Shown here: positions 1-14,658 of the stretch, piece by piece
How positions within the stretch are numbered: position 1 is the first letter of the stretch
Layout: each line of letters begins with the position of its first letter
NCBI GenBank assembly: GCA_951406725.2
Contig: OX597841.1
Location: forward strand, 26,784,001 to 26,848,000
Source of the DNA: Octopus vulgaris
Lineage: Eukaryota
Length of the DNA: 64,000 nucleotides
Direction of reading: 5' to 3'
Notes under the pieces: generated by a model
Seen by the model: the letters and a program-made list of their open reading frames with translations, nothing else
Told to the model about the DNA's origin: nothing
The model's database searches: none
Program-made: the position numbers and the translations under genes

Positions 1-586
1 TCTATCTCTATCTATCAATCTGTCTGTCTACCTATCCATCCATATACCTATCTATCTATTTACGTGCATATCTTTGTCTGACTATCTGTCTGCCTATCCA
101 TCAATCCCTCTCTGTCTGTCTGTCTGTCTGTCTCTCTATCTCTCTCTCTCTCTGTCTATCTCTCCATCCATCCATCCATCCATCCATCCATCCACCTGTC
201 TAGTTACTATAACCCCCCCCCTCTCTCATCCTCCCCCTCCACAATCTCAGCCTCTAAACCGTGCATGTCGATAGTTCTGTCACTGCAAGAGTGAACAATG
301 GCGAAATTCCTTGTTAGTGCCCTGATTGGTTAATATAATGAACTTATTGCGACATTGTATCACCATTAATAAAGACAGCCTGCTGGCCGACACAATGAGG
401 GAATCACTTTGCGGTCGTTTCAATTGCTAGAAATAGCCGCTGTGTTTCACTCAATTCACACCCTACTGTTTTACGTATGTATATATATACATGTATGAAC
501 CAACGAAGGAAACCTCTGTATGGTTGTTAGATCTGGCAGAAATGGCAGTTAAATCTCTCTCAGATCACACAATATCGTTTTACGTT

Positions 587-641
<55 letters not shown>

Positions 642-666
642 GTATATATATATGTATATATATATG

Positions 667-2545
<1,879 letters not shown>

Positions 2546-2558
2546 TATATACTTTTTA

Positions 2559-2758
2559 CTAAATCTGCAAAATGATTACAGAACTGTCACTCAGTTTCAC
2601 GGTTCCGTTCGTCGGACGATTGTGGTGAATACTTGTTGGTGGTCGACGAATGAGATCGTGAAACTCTGAGTAATAGATCGGAGATGAATCCACACCTGAC
2701 TCTACCTTTGGTATTCGAGTACTATTTTCCTCACCTTGTTTTGCACTTATGTGGTCAC
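2559..2758 (-). other. Unique island, possible exon
   Basis: Minus-strand TACAG acceptor at 2760-2759 followed by an open frame [18 protein letters not shown]...ILQI*. No recognisable homology. Confidence 0.2.
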
Positions 2759-2761
2759 CTG

Positions 2762-2807
<46 letters not shown>

Positions 2808-2843
2808 TTTACATACAGAATCATGCACTCCCTCTCTCTCTCT

Positions 2844-2885
<42 letters not shown>

Positions 2886-3124
2886 CATTCGCACACGCAG
2901 AGATATACACGCACACGTGCAAGCATATATTAGCACATATTCAGGCGCGCACACAAAGATACGCACATCTTCAGAAACATGCGCGCACACACACATACAC
3001 ACACACACACACACACACGCACACACACATAGACACATGCAGGCACACATACACACAAACATGTAACGCTTGTGCATGTATGTGTGCATATGTATATGTG
3101 AGTGTATATGCATGTGACTGTATG

Positions 3125-3386
3125 CATCACCACCAGCGCCACCACCACCACCACCACCACCACTACCACCACCACCATACCACCACAACCTCCACCACCA
3201 CAATCACCACCACAACCACCACCACAACCACCACCACAACCACCACCACCACCATCATCACAACCACCATCACAACCACCACCGCCACCACCACCACCAC
3301 TACCACAACCACCACCGCCATCACCACAACCACAACCACCACCACCACCACCACCACCGCCACCACCACCACCACCACCACCACCA
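3125..3386. repeat. (CCA)n-type trinucleotide microsatellite
   Basis: Seen directly; source of poly-T/H/P pseudo-ORFs. Confidence 0.95.
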
Positions 3387-3818
3387 ATTTAGTACATAGG
3401 CTAATGAAAGGGAAACGCCCTACTGCACTTGGTAATGATTATGTCCGTGGGTGGACGTAGGCTGCAGTGTGGGCGGGGGTGGGTGGGTGGGATCGAAGGG
3501 GGGGACGAGAGGGTGCAGTGTGAGATGTAGAGGGTGGTGGTGGGGCGGAAAGGGTTTGGAGCTTTAGTTAGTAGTGAGAGGAATACTTGTGGTTGGATTT
3601 GGGGCTGTAGCGATTGTGGGTCAGGGGTGCGAGTTGGAAGATTGTGGCAGAAAGGGCGTGTGTCTTGGGGGTCGCGTTGACTTTGCGTGGTGGTGGTGGT
3701 GGTGGTGGTGGTAGGCCTGATGAACAACTAGACCGTAACTATCTGTCTGTCGTTCAATATCTGTCTGTCTATTTACCTGTGTATCTATCGGTCTATCTAT
3801 CTATCTACCTATCTATTC

Positions 3819-3875
<57 letters not shown>

Positions 3876-3973
3876 CCTATCTATCTATCTCTATCTTTCT
3901 TTCTATCTATCTATCTGTCTATCTACCTACCTATCTGTCTATCTCTATCTATCTATCTATCTATCTATCTCTG

Positions 3974-4034
<61 letters not shown>

Positions 4035-4178
4035 AACTATCTATATATTTCACTGCCTGTCTATTTGTCTATCTGTCTTTGTCTGTCTGTCTGCCTCTCT
4101 TTTTATCTCTACGTATCTGTCCGTCTGTCCGTTTCATGGTCACTCTGTCGGTCTGTCTATCTTTCTCTCTCAACCTCT

Positions 4179-4246
<68 letters not shown>

Positions 4247-4619
4247 CTATCTGTTTGTCTGTTTTTCTGTCAGTCTATCTACGCACACAAATATATGTAC
4301 CATACATGTGTAACACACATATACAAACGCTCGTATATGCGTGCGTACACACACACACACACACACGTTAAATAATACAATCTATTTGTCTATCTAACTC
4401 CATATGTCCATCAACGTATCAACCGTTCCCTCTCTCTCTCTCTCTCTCTGTCAATACATCCCTGTCGCTGCCGCCACCGCCTCTCCGGCCAATAGCTCCG
4501 GGTCGGGTCACATCCCAGAGTGGACAACACATACGGCAAAGGTCTTAATTGATATGGCCGTACTGTCCAGTCTTGACCATTCCAAATCATAGCGTGACGT
4601 GACAAACAAAAACCAACCC

Positions 4620-5630
4620 CTTCCTCTCCCTCCTTCCTGTCTCTCCTCCTCCTTCCCCGTCTCTCCTCCTCTTACCTCCGTCTTGCTTCTCCTCCCACCA
4701 CTATCCTCACCCTCTTTTTTTTTGGGGGGGGGCTTTTATCTTTCTCTGGTTTGTCCAGTTAATATCTTTAAGTTCTCTCTTACTGTCTTTCTTTCTCTCT
4801 CTCTTTGCTCTTTTCCCCTCTCTCTCTCTCTCTTCCTATGCTGTATATCTCTCTTTGCTCTTATCTCTCTCTCTCTGCTCTTCTCTCTCTCTCTGCTCTT
4901 CTCTCTCTCTCTCTCTGCTCTTCTCTCTCTCTCTCTCTCTGCTCTTCTCTCTCTCTCTCTCTCTGCTCTTCTCTCTCTCTCTCTCTCTGCTCTTGTTACC
5001 TCTTACACTTTATCTCTTTCTTTCTTCTCACTTTCTCTTTCTCTCTCCCTCTCCCTCTTCCTATGCTATATCTCTCCCTTTGCTCTTATCTCTCTCTCTC
5101 TGCTCTTCTCTCTCTCTCTGCTCTTCTCTCTCTCTCTCTCTCTGCTCTTCTCTCTCTCTCTCTCTCTGCTCTTGTTACCTCTTACACTTTATCTCTTTCT
5201 TTCTTCTCACTTTCTCTTTCTCTCTCCCTCTCCCTCTTCCTATGCTATATCTCTCCCTTTGCTCTTATCTCTCTCTCTCTCTCTCTCTCTCTCTGCTCTT
5301 CTTCCTTCTTCCCCTTTATCTCTTCTCACTTTCTCTTTCTCGTCTCCCCCTCTCTTTGCTCTCTCTCTCTCTCTCTCTCCTTTTGTTATCTCTCTCTTTC
5401 ACCTTGTTCTCACGTCCTCTTTCTCTTTTCTGATTCTCTCTTTCTCTCTCTTCACTGTCTCCCCCTCTCTTTGCTCTCTCTCTCTCTCTAAATTTCTTTT
5501 CGTGTCACTCTGCCTCTCTCTTCCTCCTTTTGTCTCTACATTCACATCTCTCTTCCATCCTCTTCACCCTTCTCTCTCTTTCTTCCTACTCCGTCTCTTC
5601 CGCGCTTTCTCTCTCTCTCCCTCTCTCCCA
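4620..5630. repeat. (CT)n-rich low-complexity tract with internal duplications
   Basis: The block GCTCTTGTTACCTCTTACACTTTATC... occurs at ~4989 and ~5168. Confidence 0.9.
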
Positions 5631-6221
5631 CTCAGTTTGTATTACTAAACATGCTACGCCTGTCTCTACGTCTGTCTCTATCTCTTTATATCCATTTATC
5701 TCTCTTTTAATCCATTTCACACCTTAATCCATCTCCTCACTTTCACCACTCATCAGTCTCTCGCTCTTCCACTCCCCTCACCCTCCCCTTCATACCATAC
5801 CTTGAAATATCCCCCCCTAACCTAGCACGACCATCATCACCAAACTCCTACCAGCAACCACCCACCTACCTTTTAAATTAGGATACATTAGTTAAGGTGT
5901 CTGCATGCGGTTAGTCCCTCAGGAACCGCACCACGGAAGATGAACTCCCGGCAGTGGTAGCCACCACAAGAACTTGGTAGCAACGGCGGTAGTGGTGCCT
6001 GTGGTGGTGGAGGTATCTGTGTCGGTGGTAGTGTTGGTATGAAAAATTTACCAAAATGGACAGTGGTCAGTTTCGTAGAATAGAATATCTTGTTGTGCTA
6101 GTATTAATGGTACTAATGGAATGGTTGGCACCGGTGGTAGTGGTGGTGGTGGTGGTCGTGGCGGTGCCGTTGGGTTTGGTTTTGCTTTGAGAGAACACAC
6201 ACAAACACGCGCTATACTCAC

Positions 6222-6311
6222 ATGCTACGAACGACGGACAATACGACCATGCCCATTCCATCGAATATAGAATGATCACAGGACATTTTCGGTTCAAGAA
6301 TAGTGCATTCC
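6222..6311 (-). other. Candidate 90-nt symmetric exon
   Basis: CTAG acceptor at 6313-6312 and GTGAGT donor at 6221-6216. Two open frames (ECTILEPKMSCDHSIFDGMGMVVLSVVRS or NALFLNRKCPVIILYSMEWAWSYCPSFVA). No polypyrimidine tract. Confidence 0.28.
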
Positions 6312-6579
6312 CTAGGTGTGTGTATGTGTCTCCCCCTCGCTTTGCTCTCTCTCTCTCTTCACTGTCTCCCCCTCTCTTTGCTCTCTCTCTCTCTCTCTCC
6401 CTCTCTTTGCTCTCTCTCTCTCTAAATTTCTTTTCATGTCACTCTGCCACTCTGCAAAGAGAGGGGGGAGACAGAGAAGAGAGAGAGAGAGAGCAAAGAG
6501 AGGGGGAGACAGAAGATTTTCAAGACCAGACAGCGATTTTCTTATACTCTTCCTTCCTCCCTTCCTTACACTCTTCCTT

Positions 6580-6818
6580 CCCTCCTTCCTTCGAGCCACA
6601 CTCACTCTCCTCCTCCCCTCACTCCCTCCCTCCTTCCTTCGAGCCACACTCACTCTCCTCCTCCCCTCACTCCCTCCCTCCTTCCTTCGAGCCACACTCA
6701 CTCTCCTCCTCCCCTCCCTCCCTCCCTCCTTCCTTCGAGCCACACTCACTCTCCTCCTCCCCTCACTCCCTCCCTCCTTCCTTCGAGCCACACTCACTCT
6801 CCTCCTCCCCTCCCTCCC
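6580..6818. repeat. 48-bp minisatellite, 5 copies
   Basis: TTCGAGCCACACTCACTC recurs at 6590, 6638, 6686, 6734 and 6782. Confidence 0.95.
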
Positions 6819-7178
6819 TACGTAAACACACGGCCATGTTTTCACAGGCCTCTGCCGGGAACCTTTGACACCGTCACGTGACCACCGGTCAGCAACAGGG
6901 GAGGACAGAAATAACAACCGCGTTGTGTCCGCAGGAAAAACGTAACACGGCTTCTGACCAAATCCTTCGTCCATCCTACTTCGGTTGCGTGCTTTCGAAC
7001 TCCTCTGTGAGCGGGGTGAGGTGGGGGTGGGGTTTGGTTGGGGGGGGGGGGTGGGGAAATCAACTTGTGGTCCTTCGGCAGTGTTGGCGGCAGTGGCGGT
7101 GCAGCGTCGGGCAGGGCCATCATCTTACAGATTTAGGTGCAGTATGCACCCATTTGTCTACCACCACCTCTACTACTG

Positions 7179-7252
<74 letters not shown>

Positions 7253-7414
7253 ACTACTACAATACTGTTACCACTACGACTACCATTACTAGCACTACTA
7301 CTACTACTGCCGCTGCTGCTACTGCTATATATATATATATATATATGTATGTATACACACATGTAGTCTAAACACATACACTCACACACATATATTTATA
7401 TATATATATATATA

Positions 7415-7450
<36 letters not shown>

Positions 7451-7461
7451 TACATATATAC

Positions 7462-7496
<35 letters not shown>

Positions 7497-7505
7497 CATA
7501 CATGT

Positions 7506-7542
<37 letters not shown>

Positions 7543-7558
7543 ATGTATACATAAATGT

Positions 7559-7627
<69 letters not shown>

Positions 7628-7999
7628 TATACACACACAGAGATGTATGCTCGCATATACACATACTTCCCATGCACACATGTATACATGCATACTGTTA
7701 CAACTACTACGACTTCTACTGACACCAGCAGCAGCGGCAGCAACAGTAGCGGTGCCCCACCTGCCTCCTGGAAACATTGATGTGGTCGGTAGACGTGCTA
7801 GAAATAACATCAAATCTCGCCCCTCACATCGCAGAACCCATTTTTTTTTGTTTTGAAGTGGGAGGTAAACAAGCCGGCACCAAACTGTCAGGCGGTGGTG
7901 TTTTAGGGACACAAGCATGAACACAGACAGACACACACATACACACACACACAAATATATGTACACAGAGATATACGCATATACACACAAACATGTACA

Positions 8000-8150
8000 T
8001 ACATCTCTCCCTGTTTATTTCTGTGTTCCTTTCTGTCGAAGAGCGTAGGCCCGAAACGTAAAAGACTTTCTCACTTCCCGAGCGTTAAACTAATACATCT
8101 GTTTATTGTTTACACACCCGTCTTCGTCTTTTGTTTTTTTTTGTCGTATA
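8000..8150 (+). mobile_element. Penelope-like terminal-repeat fragment with degenerate hammerhead-like motif
   Basis: TCGAAGAGCGTAGGCCCGAAACGTA...GAGCGTTAAACTAATAC; related blocks at ~34170-34340 (+) and 58196-58405 (-). Confidence 0.5.
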
Positions 8151-8166
8151 TTCTCACATATATATG

Positions 8167-8250
<84 letters not shown>

Positions 8251-8321
8251 CAGACACACACACATATATACGCACACATGCAGGTACACACTCACACACA
8301 CATACCAATTCTACCCATTTC

Positions 8322-8443
8322 ATCTACGGTCGTTAGTCGGTTTTGCTGTCTATAGTAGAAGTCACTTGCCCAGGATACCACGCAGTGGGAGCGAACCCCC
8401 AAGACCACCAGATTTCGAAGCGAACTTCCTAAGTACTCAGCCA
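8322..8443 (-). mobile_element. Degenerate 5' fragment of SINE family A
   Basis: CTATAGTAGAAGTCACTTGCCCAGGATACCACGCAGTGGGA matches the reverse complement of the family A head. Confidence 0.6.
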
Positions 8444-8578
8444 TGATTGTGGTCATTATCTCCAAAAACATGAACAGAGTTCCTCCGACTTTAGATGAAG
8501 TCGATGTTAGAATATGGTAAAGTAAAAAAAAAATTTCAAGAACCACTTTAGTTCAGCTTCCATCTACGGATGCATTAT

Positions 8579-8928
8579 CAGCGTCGTATCGCTGGGTTAC
8601 TGGCTGTTTCACTACTTGGAGAAATCGTCAGCGTTGTATCCTGGGGATGCTGGCTGTTTCAATACTTGGAGACATCGTCAGCGTTGTATCCTAGGGATAT
8701 AGGTTGTTTCGGGTCTGAGAACACAGACCCTCAATCAGAGGACCTTACTAAATTTGATCAAACTTAGGCCTATATACAAAAGACATTCTGCCGAACCCCA
8801 AACAACGCCTCTTGAAAGTTGTTTCGGGTCTTAGAACACAGACCCTCAATCAGAGGACCTTCCTAAATTTGATCAAACTTAGGCCTATATACAAAAGATA
8901 TTCTGCCGAACCCCAAACAACGCCTCTT
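8579..8928 (-). repeat. Compound tandem: ~50-bp x 2.6 followed by ~115-bp x 2, each with hammerhead-core words
   Basis: CAGCGT(C/T)GTATC recurs at 8579, 8629 and 8679. GTTGTTTCGGGTCT...AACAACGCCTCTT recurs at 8703 and 8818. Confidence 0.8.
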
Positions 8929-9497
8929 TACAGTTGAAACCATACAGGTACTTTTCCAACAACTATGTTATTCTTGTTGGTTCATCTGCTCATTCTTGAT
9001 TTCTAAGATAGAATAGGAACGAACACAAGATGGACGGATGAATGGACAGAAAGATGGAGGAAAATGGTTAGAAAGAATGAGAGGAATGAACGATGAACGG
9101 ATGCCAGGAAGAATGGGTAGAAGTAAGGATAGACAGAAAGAAAGGAAAGAATGAGGGGAAGAACATACGAACTTACTATAATATTCTACGCGCGACCCCT
9201 CGTCTGCCGGGATCCGTAGTCAAACACCATTACTATGTCGTTCTTGAGGTTTTCCTCTACTAACAAATAGCACGTAGGAACAATTTTGGACCCATAGATT
9301 TAGAAAGCTGTCCATTATACTTCACTACATCACATTTTCAACAATGGTGTAGTAAGAGGGCTAATTTTGTTTTCCATAAAAAGAAGAGCGATAATGTGTT
9401 GTATTGAGGGGGAATTTCGCTACTGTTTTTAGCAAGTGGAATCTCCATACAGATGTATATTTGTTGAAAGTTTATAAATAAATAGAATATATATGTG

Positions 9498-9729
9498 TTT
9501 CTTTATTGCCCACAAGGGGCTAAACACAGAGGGGACAAACAAGGACAGACAAACGGATTAAGTCGATTACATCGACCCCAGTGCGTAACTTGGTACTTAT
9601 TTAATCGACCCCGAAAGGATGAAAGGCAAAGTCGACCTCGGCGGAATTTGAACTCAGAACGCAACGACAGACGCAATACTGCTAAGCATTTCGCCCGGTG
9701 TGCTAACGTTTATGCCAGCACGCCGCCTT
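9498..9729 (-). mobile_element. SINE family C (central GCCTTTCATCCTTTCGGGGTCGATAAA domain)
   Basis: Reverse complement of the units at 56501-57615. Confidence 0.8.
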
Positions 9730-10165
9730 AATAGAATAAATATGTAAGTGTATACGCGTATACACAAATATATATATATACATGCATACACGCGCGCTAA
9801 CACGTACACATATATACATGCGCGCGCATGCCTACACACAGATATATACCGACACAAGTTAAAAAATGCAAATTGTTATTATGCACTTAGTAATTTAGAT
9901 CTATCTATCAATATATATATATATATATATTAATAATATATACCTACCTATTTGTGCGTATAGATAAAATTTTTCTATAAATGCTCATAGGACACACATA
10001 CACTTATACACACATATGCTATGTAGATATTTAATATATATATATATATACAGCTATTTATTATACATTCATATATTTGTGAATTTATATCTACATGGGT
10101 GTATGGTATGAATGTATAAGTGTGGGTGTGGGTGTATAGATATATGCACGTATATATATTTGTGT

Positions 10166-10211
<46 letters not shown>

Positions 10212-10213
<2 letters not shown>

Positions 10214-10379
10214 CGACACATTCATACCATACACTTATGTAGATATAAATTCACAAATATATAAATGTATAATAAATAGCTGTATATATATATATATATA
10301 TATATATACAGCTATTTATTATACATTTATATATTTGTGAATTTATATCTACATAAGTGTATGGTATGAATGTGTCGCT
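10212..10379. repeat. 168-bp perfect palindrome centred on (TA)13
   Basis: 10212-10282 is the exact reverse complement of 10309-10379. A diverged third copy lies at ~10051-10115. Confidence 0.92.
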
Positions 10380-10382
10380 GTC

Positions 10383-10427
<45 letters not shown>

Positions 10428-10742
10428 CAGAGAGAGAGACTGAAAGAAACGCTGAGAACATGAGAAACGCACAGAACAGACCGTGCAGTATAAAATAGGC
10501 CACTAATGTCACAGATATCAGAAGCAGACGAACTTCCGGTTCGAAAACGGAAGTTCATGCATCGGCGACAATCTAGTAGTTACACTTTTCTGGGTTTTTT
10601 TGGGTTTTTTTTCAAATTTTTTTTTCTCGTTGTTCTCTGATATACAATTATAATTCAATACTACTACTACTACGACTACTACGAATAACGCTTCTACTAA
10701 CACCACTAGTATTACTACTAGAACCAAGACCACTAAGGACTC

Positions 10743-11380
<638 letters not shown>

Positions 11381-11835
11381 GACGGTTTTTTTGTGATCAT
11401 CATATTGCTTGTTGTTTATCGAAAGCTATTGTCTCCTTCTTAATATATCGTTACAGACACGCGCATGCGTGCTCTCATAGAGACGCATACACAAACAAAT
11501 GATGCGTCCCTGGTTTTTCGGGGTTTTTTTTTTTTTTTTTTTTTTCTAAATGGATTTGTTTGTGAGTGTTTTTTTTTTTTGGAGGGGGGGGTCTCTTGTT
11601 TTATTTTCGTTGTCTCTTAGAGAGAAATGACGCTGGGATGATACAAAAAACAAAAAAAAAAACAAAAAAAAAACAAATGAGAAAAAGGGGATTTTTTAAA
11701 TATCTATATGTATATACAGAAATTTTTAGTCACACTGCTGTACACACACACACGTACACACACACACACACACACACTCACACACACTCACACACACATA
11801 TATATACATATATATATATACATATATATATATAC

Positions 11836-11898
<63 letters not shown>

Positions 11899-11899
11899 C

Positions 11900-11962
<63 letters not shown>

Positions 11963-12092
11963 CATATATATATATATGCATACACACGCACGCATATACT
12001 TTCACATACATTCATATGTAAAATATATGTACATTTCTGTGTGTGTGTAAATAATTCCCTCTCCCTCTCTCTCTTTCATTTTTACTTATATA

Positions 12093-12143
12093 CAGTCTAC
12101 CTCTATTCGTGATCAGAAGCGTTCGTAAACGGAGGTTCTGCTG
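12093..12143. mobile_element. Possible 51-bp Tc1/pogo-type mini-MITE
   Basis: TA-CAGTCTACCTC...GAGGTTCTGCTG-TA: imperfect TIRs with TA flanks. Confidence 0.35.
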
Positions 12144-12167
12144 TACAAACACACACTCACACACACA

Positions 12168-12235
<68 letters not shown>

Positions 12236-12374
12236 CAATTAAGATTCAAGTAAATTCCAATGAATTTACTTGAATGTGGTACTTAACTTAGATGCACCAG
12301 AAAAACTATATGGTGTAAACCATACAGTAATGTGGGGTGATTATAAACGAGAAAGAAGCAACAAGAATGGATTA

Positions 12375-12467
12375 GTTTTTAGTACAATTGTTTCATACAA
12401 AGACAGACTTTATTACAAGTTGCAAAAATTGCAGCAGATAAAAGTGTCCCGTACTCATCAGCTAAAA
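12375..12467 (-). ncRNA. Type I hammerhead ribozyme (Penelope-like), minus-strand copy
   Basis: Reverse complement of 12562-12654 with 2 mismatches. Core TCATCAG at 12455-12461 and GTTTC at 12390-12394. Confidence 0.75.
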
Positions 12468-12560
12468 TACATATGAGTTCTCTAGACATCTTAGTGGGTG
12501 AGGTTATACTCATGAAATATTGGAGATAATTCCATTAAAGGCAGATATAGGTTGTAAACA

Positions 12561-12654
12561 GTTTTAGCTGATGAGTACGGGACACTTTTATCTTCTGCAA
12601 TTTTTGCAACTTGTAATAAAGCCTGTCTTTGTATGAAACAATTGTACTAAAAAC
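12561..12654 (+). ncRNA. Type I hammerhead ribozyme (Penelope-like) with long stem II
   Basis: UUUUAG-CUGAUGA-GUACGGGACA...UGUCUUUGUAU-GAAA-CAAUUG-UA-CUAAAA: stem I UUUUAG/CUAAAA, intact core, palindromic stem III, GUA triplet at 12644-12646. Confidence 0.78.
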
Positions 12655-12680
12655 TAATCCATTCTTGTTGCTTCTTTCTC

Positions 12681-12726
<46 letters not shown>

Positions 12727-13294
12727 TTAAATGTTCATATACATGGTTGTATATAAATGACTGAAACACGTAAAAGAGTATATGTGTATGTGTTTGTTTC
12801 ACTGTGTGTGTGAGTGTTTATTTGCTTGTGTTTGTGTGTGTGGATACACACACATGATGGATAACAGTCAGATTACTCGATCAGAGTCATCGGTTGTTTG
12901 ATCAATTGAACTCCCGTTCCTGTATTAGCGTTTGGGTGGTCGAGTACTCCACAGTAAAAGATGAACTGTTGCTACCATAATTCTCAGCCATAGCAAACGT
13001 GATACATGGGTGTGCGTATTAAACAAGGGCGGTCCCCTTTTGAATCAAAAGCACCATTAGATAGTAAAGCGTATACCCAGGGTGAAAATGGAAAATTGAT
13101 AGAGTGAAAGATAATGTGTATATAACAAAAAAACAAGAGCGTGTATAACAAAAAAAAACGCATTTCATCAGCCTAGTTTCTCTCCAGAATCATTACGATT
13201 TCGGCACTAAAATGTTGGTATCGTTAACCTGGGAAGTGTCAAGGATCAAATAAAACAAAACTAAGACAGTCTCGTGAATTAAAACACGTGGTTA

Positions 13295-13521
13295 TATTAT
13301 AGTTGGAGAGCTCTCTTTGCAACCAAGTGTTTTGGGGTTCAGCCCCACTTCATGTCAACTTCGGTAAGTGTCTTCTCATATAGGTCCGGAAGGACCAATA
13401 CCTTGTGAGGGAATTCGGTAGACGGAAGCTGTGTAGAGGTCTCTCATATGTTGTCTTTGTATTTGCGTTTGTCTCCCACCCACCTCGTGACAACCGGTGT
13501 TAGCTTGGTTACGTTCCCGTG
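13295..13521 (+). mobile_element. Old degenerate SINE family A copy
   Basis: GGGGTTCAGCCCCACT...TAAGTGTCTTCT...CCTTGTGAG...GGTAGACGGAAG matches family A. Confidence 0.6.
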
Positions 13522-13759
13522 TTATGTGCTCGTGTTACTTGGCTGTGCTAGTGTATAAAACCCGGTTACTCAATATCCAGTATGAAACTGATTCTTAAGA
13601 TCGGCTTAAATGGATTGGTAATACCGTGTAATTTCGTTGATATGTGTGTGTGTGTGCTCGCGCGCGCGTGTGTGTGTGTGTGAATGAGTGTTTACTCGAG
13701 GTCCCTAAACGTACTTATTGCTAGATCACGTGAGTCACAGAAAGGAAAATTATAACCTA

Positions 13760-14061
13760 CTAGCAGTATCGCCTGGCGTTGCTCGGGTTTGTAAGGGAAA
13801 TAACTATATAAGCACTTTTAGAGAGTTACTTCCCTTATATAATAGCAAAAAATGCATTAAAAATGGGAAAAAATGATGGTAATTTTTTTTTTAAATCGTA
13901 GACTCATCGTCGACGCGCACTAATACCCAGAAGGGCTCGATATGAATCACGACTATAAGATACTCGGTTTTGGTTAAACTGCACCGCAAAATGTGGGAGT
14001 AGTTAGGAATCTAAATCGGAGTAGACAGACACTCACACAACTTCAGTTTTATATATAAAGA
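13760..14061 (-). mobile_element. Non-autonomous Helitron
   Basis: Minus strand reads A|TCTTTATATATAAAA ... CCCGAGCAACGCCAGG-CGATACTG-CTAG|T: TC/CTAG ends, A|T target site and subterminal GC-rich hairpin-like motif. Confidence 0.82.
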
Positions 14062-14620
14062 TTATCTCCCTTTCCCTAGTCCCTAGTGAAGCGTATATTT
14101 AGCTAGGATATCCCTTACTAAGCTGCGTCAGTAACACATTATCGTTTTGATTATACAGGGGCCGTACACCACTCCACTGTCCCTGCCCCATCACCTAGCC
14201 TCCAGAAATTTGGCTGTTGCTGGCCCCTGCTACTGTGCCAAGGAACCCTATGAGGTAATTGCCATACACTTATTAATAAAAGCATGTGTAAATGTATATA
14301 TATATGTATATATACGCATGTATACGTATGTATATATATATGTGTATATACGTATGTACATATATGTATGTATACTTATGTATATATATATATGTACACT
14401 TATGTATATATATATATGTATACTTATGTATATATATATATGTATACTTATGTATATATATATATATATATACTTATGTATATATATATATATGTATACT
14501 TATGTATATATATATGTATACTTATGTATATATATATATATGTATAATTATGTATATATATATATATGTATACGTATGTATATATATATGTATACTTATG
14601 TATATATATATGTGTATACT

Positions 14621-14658
<38 letters not shown>

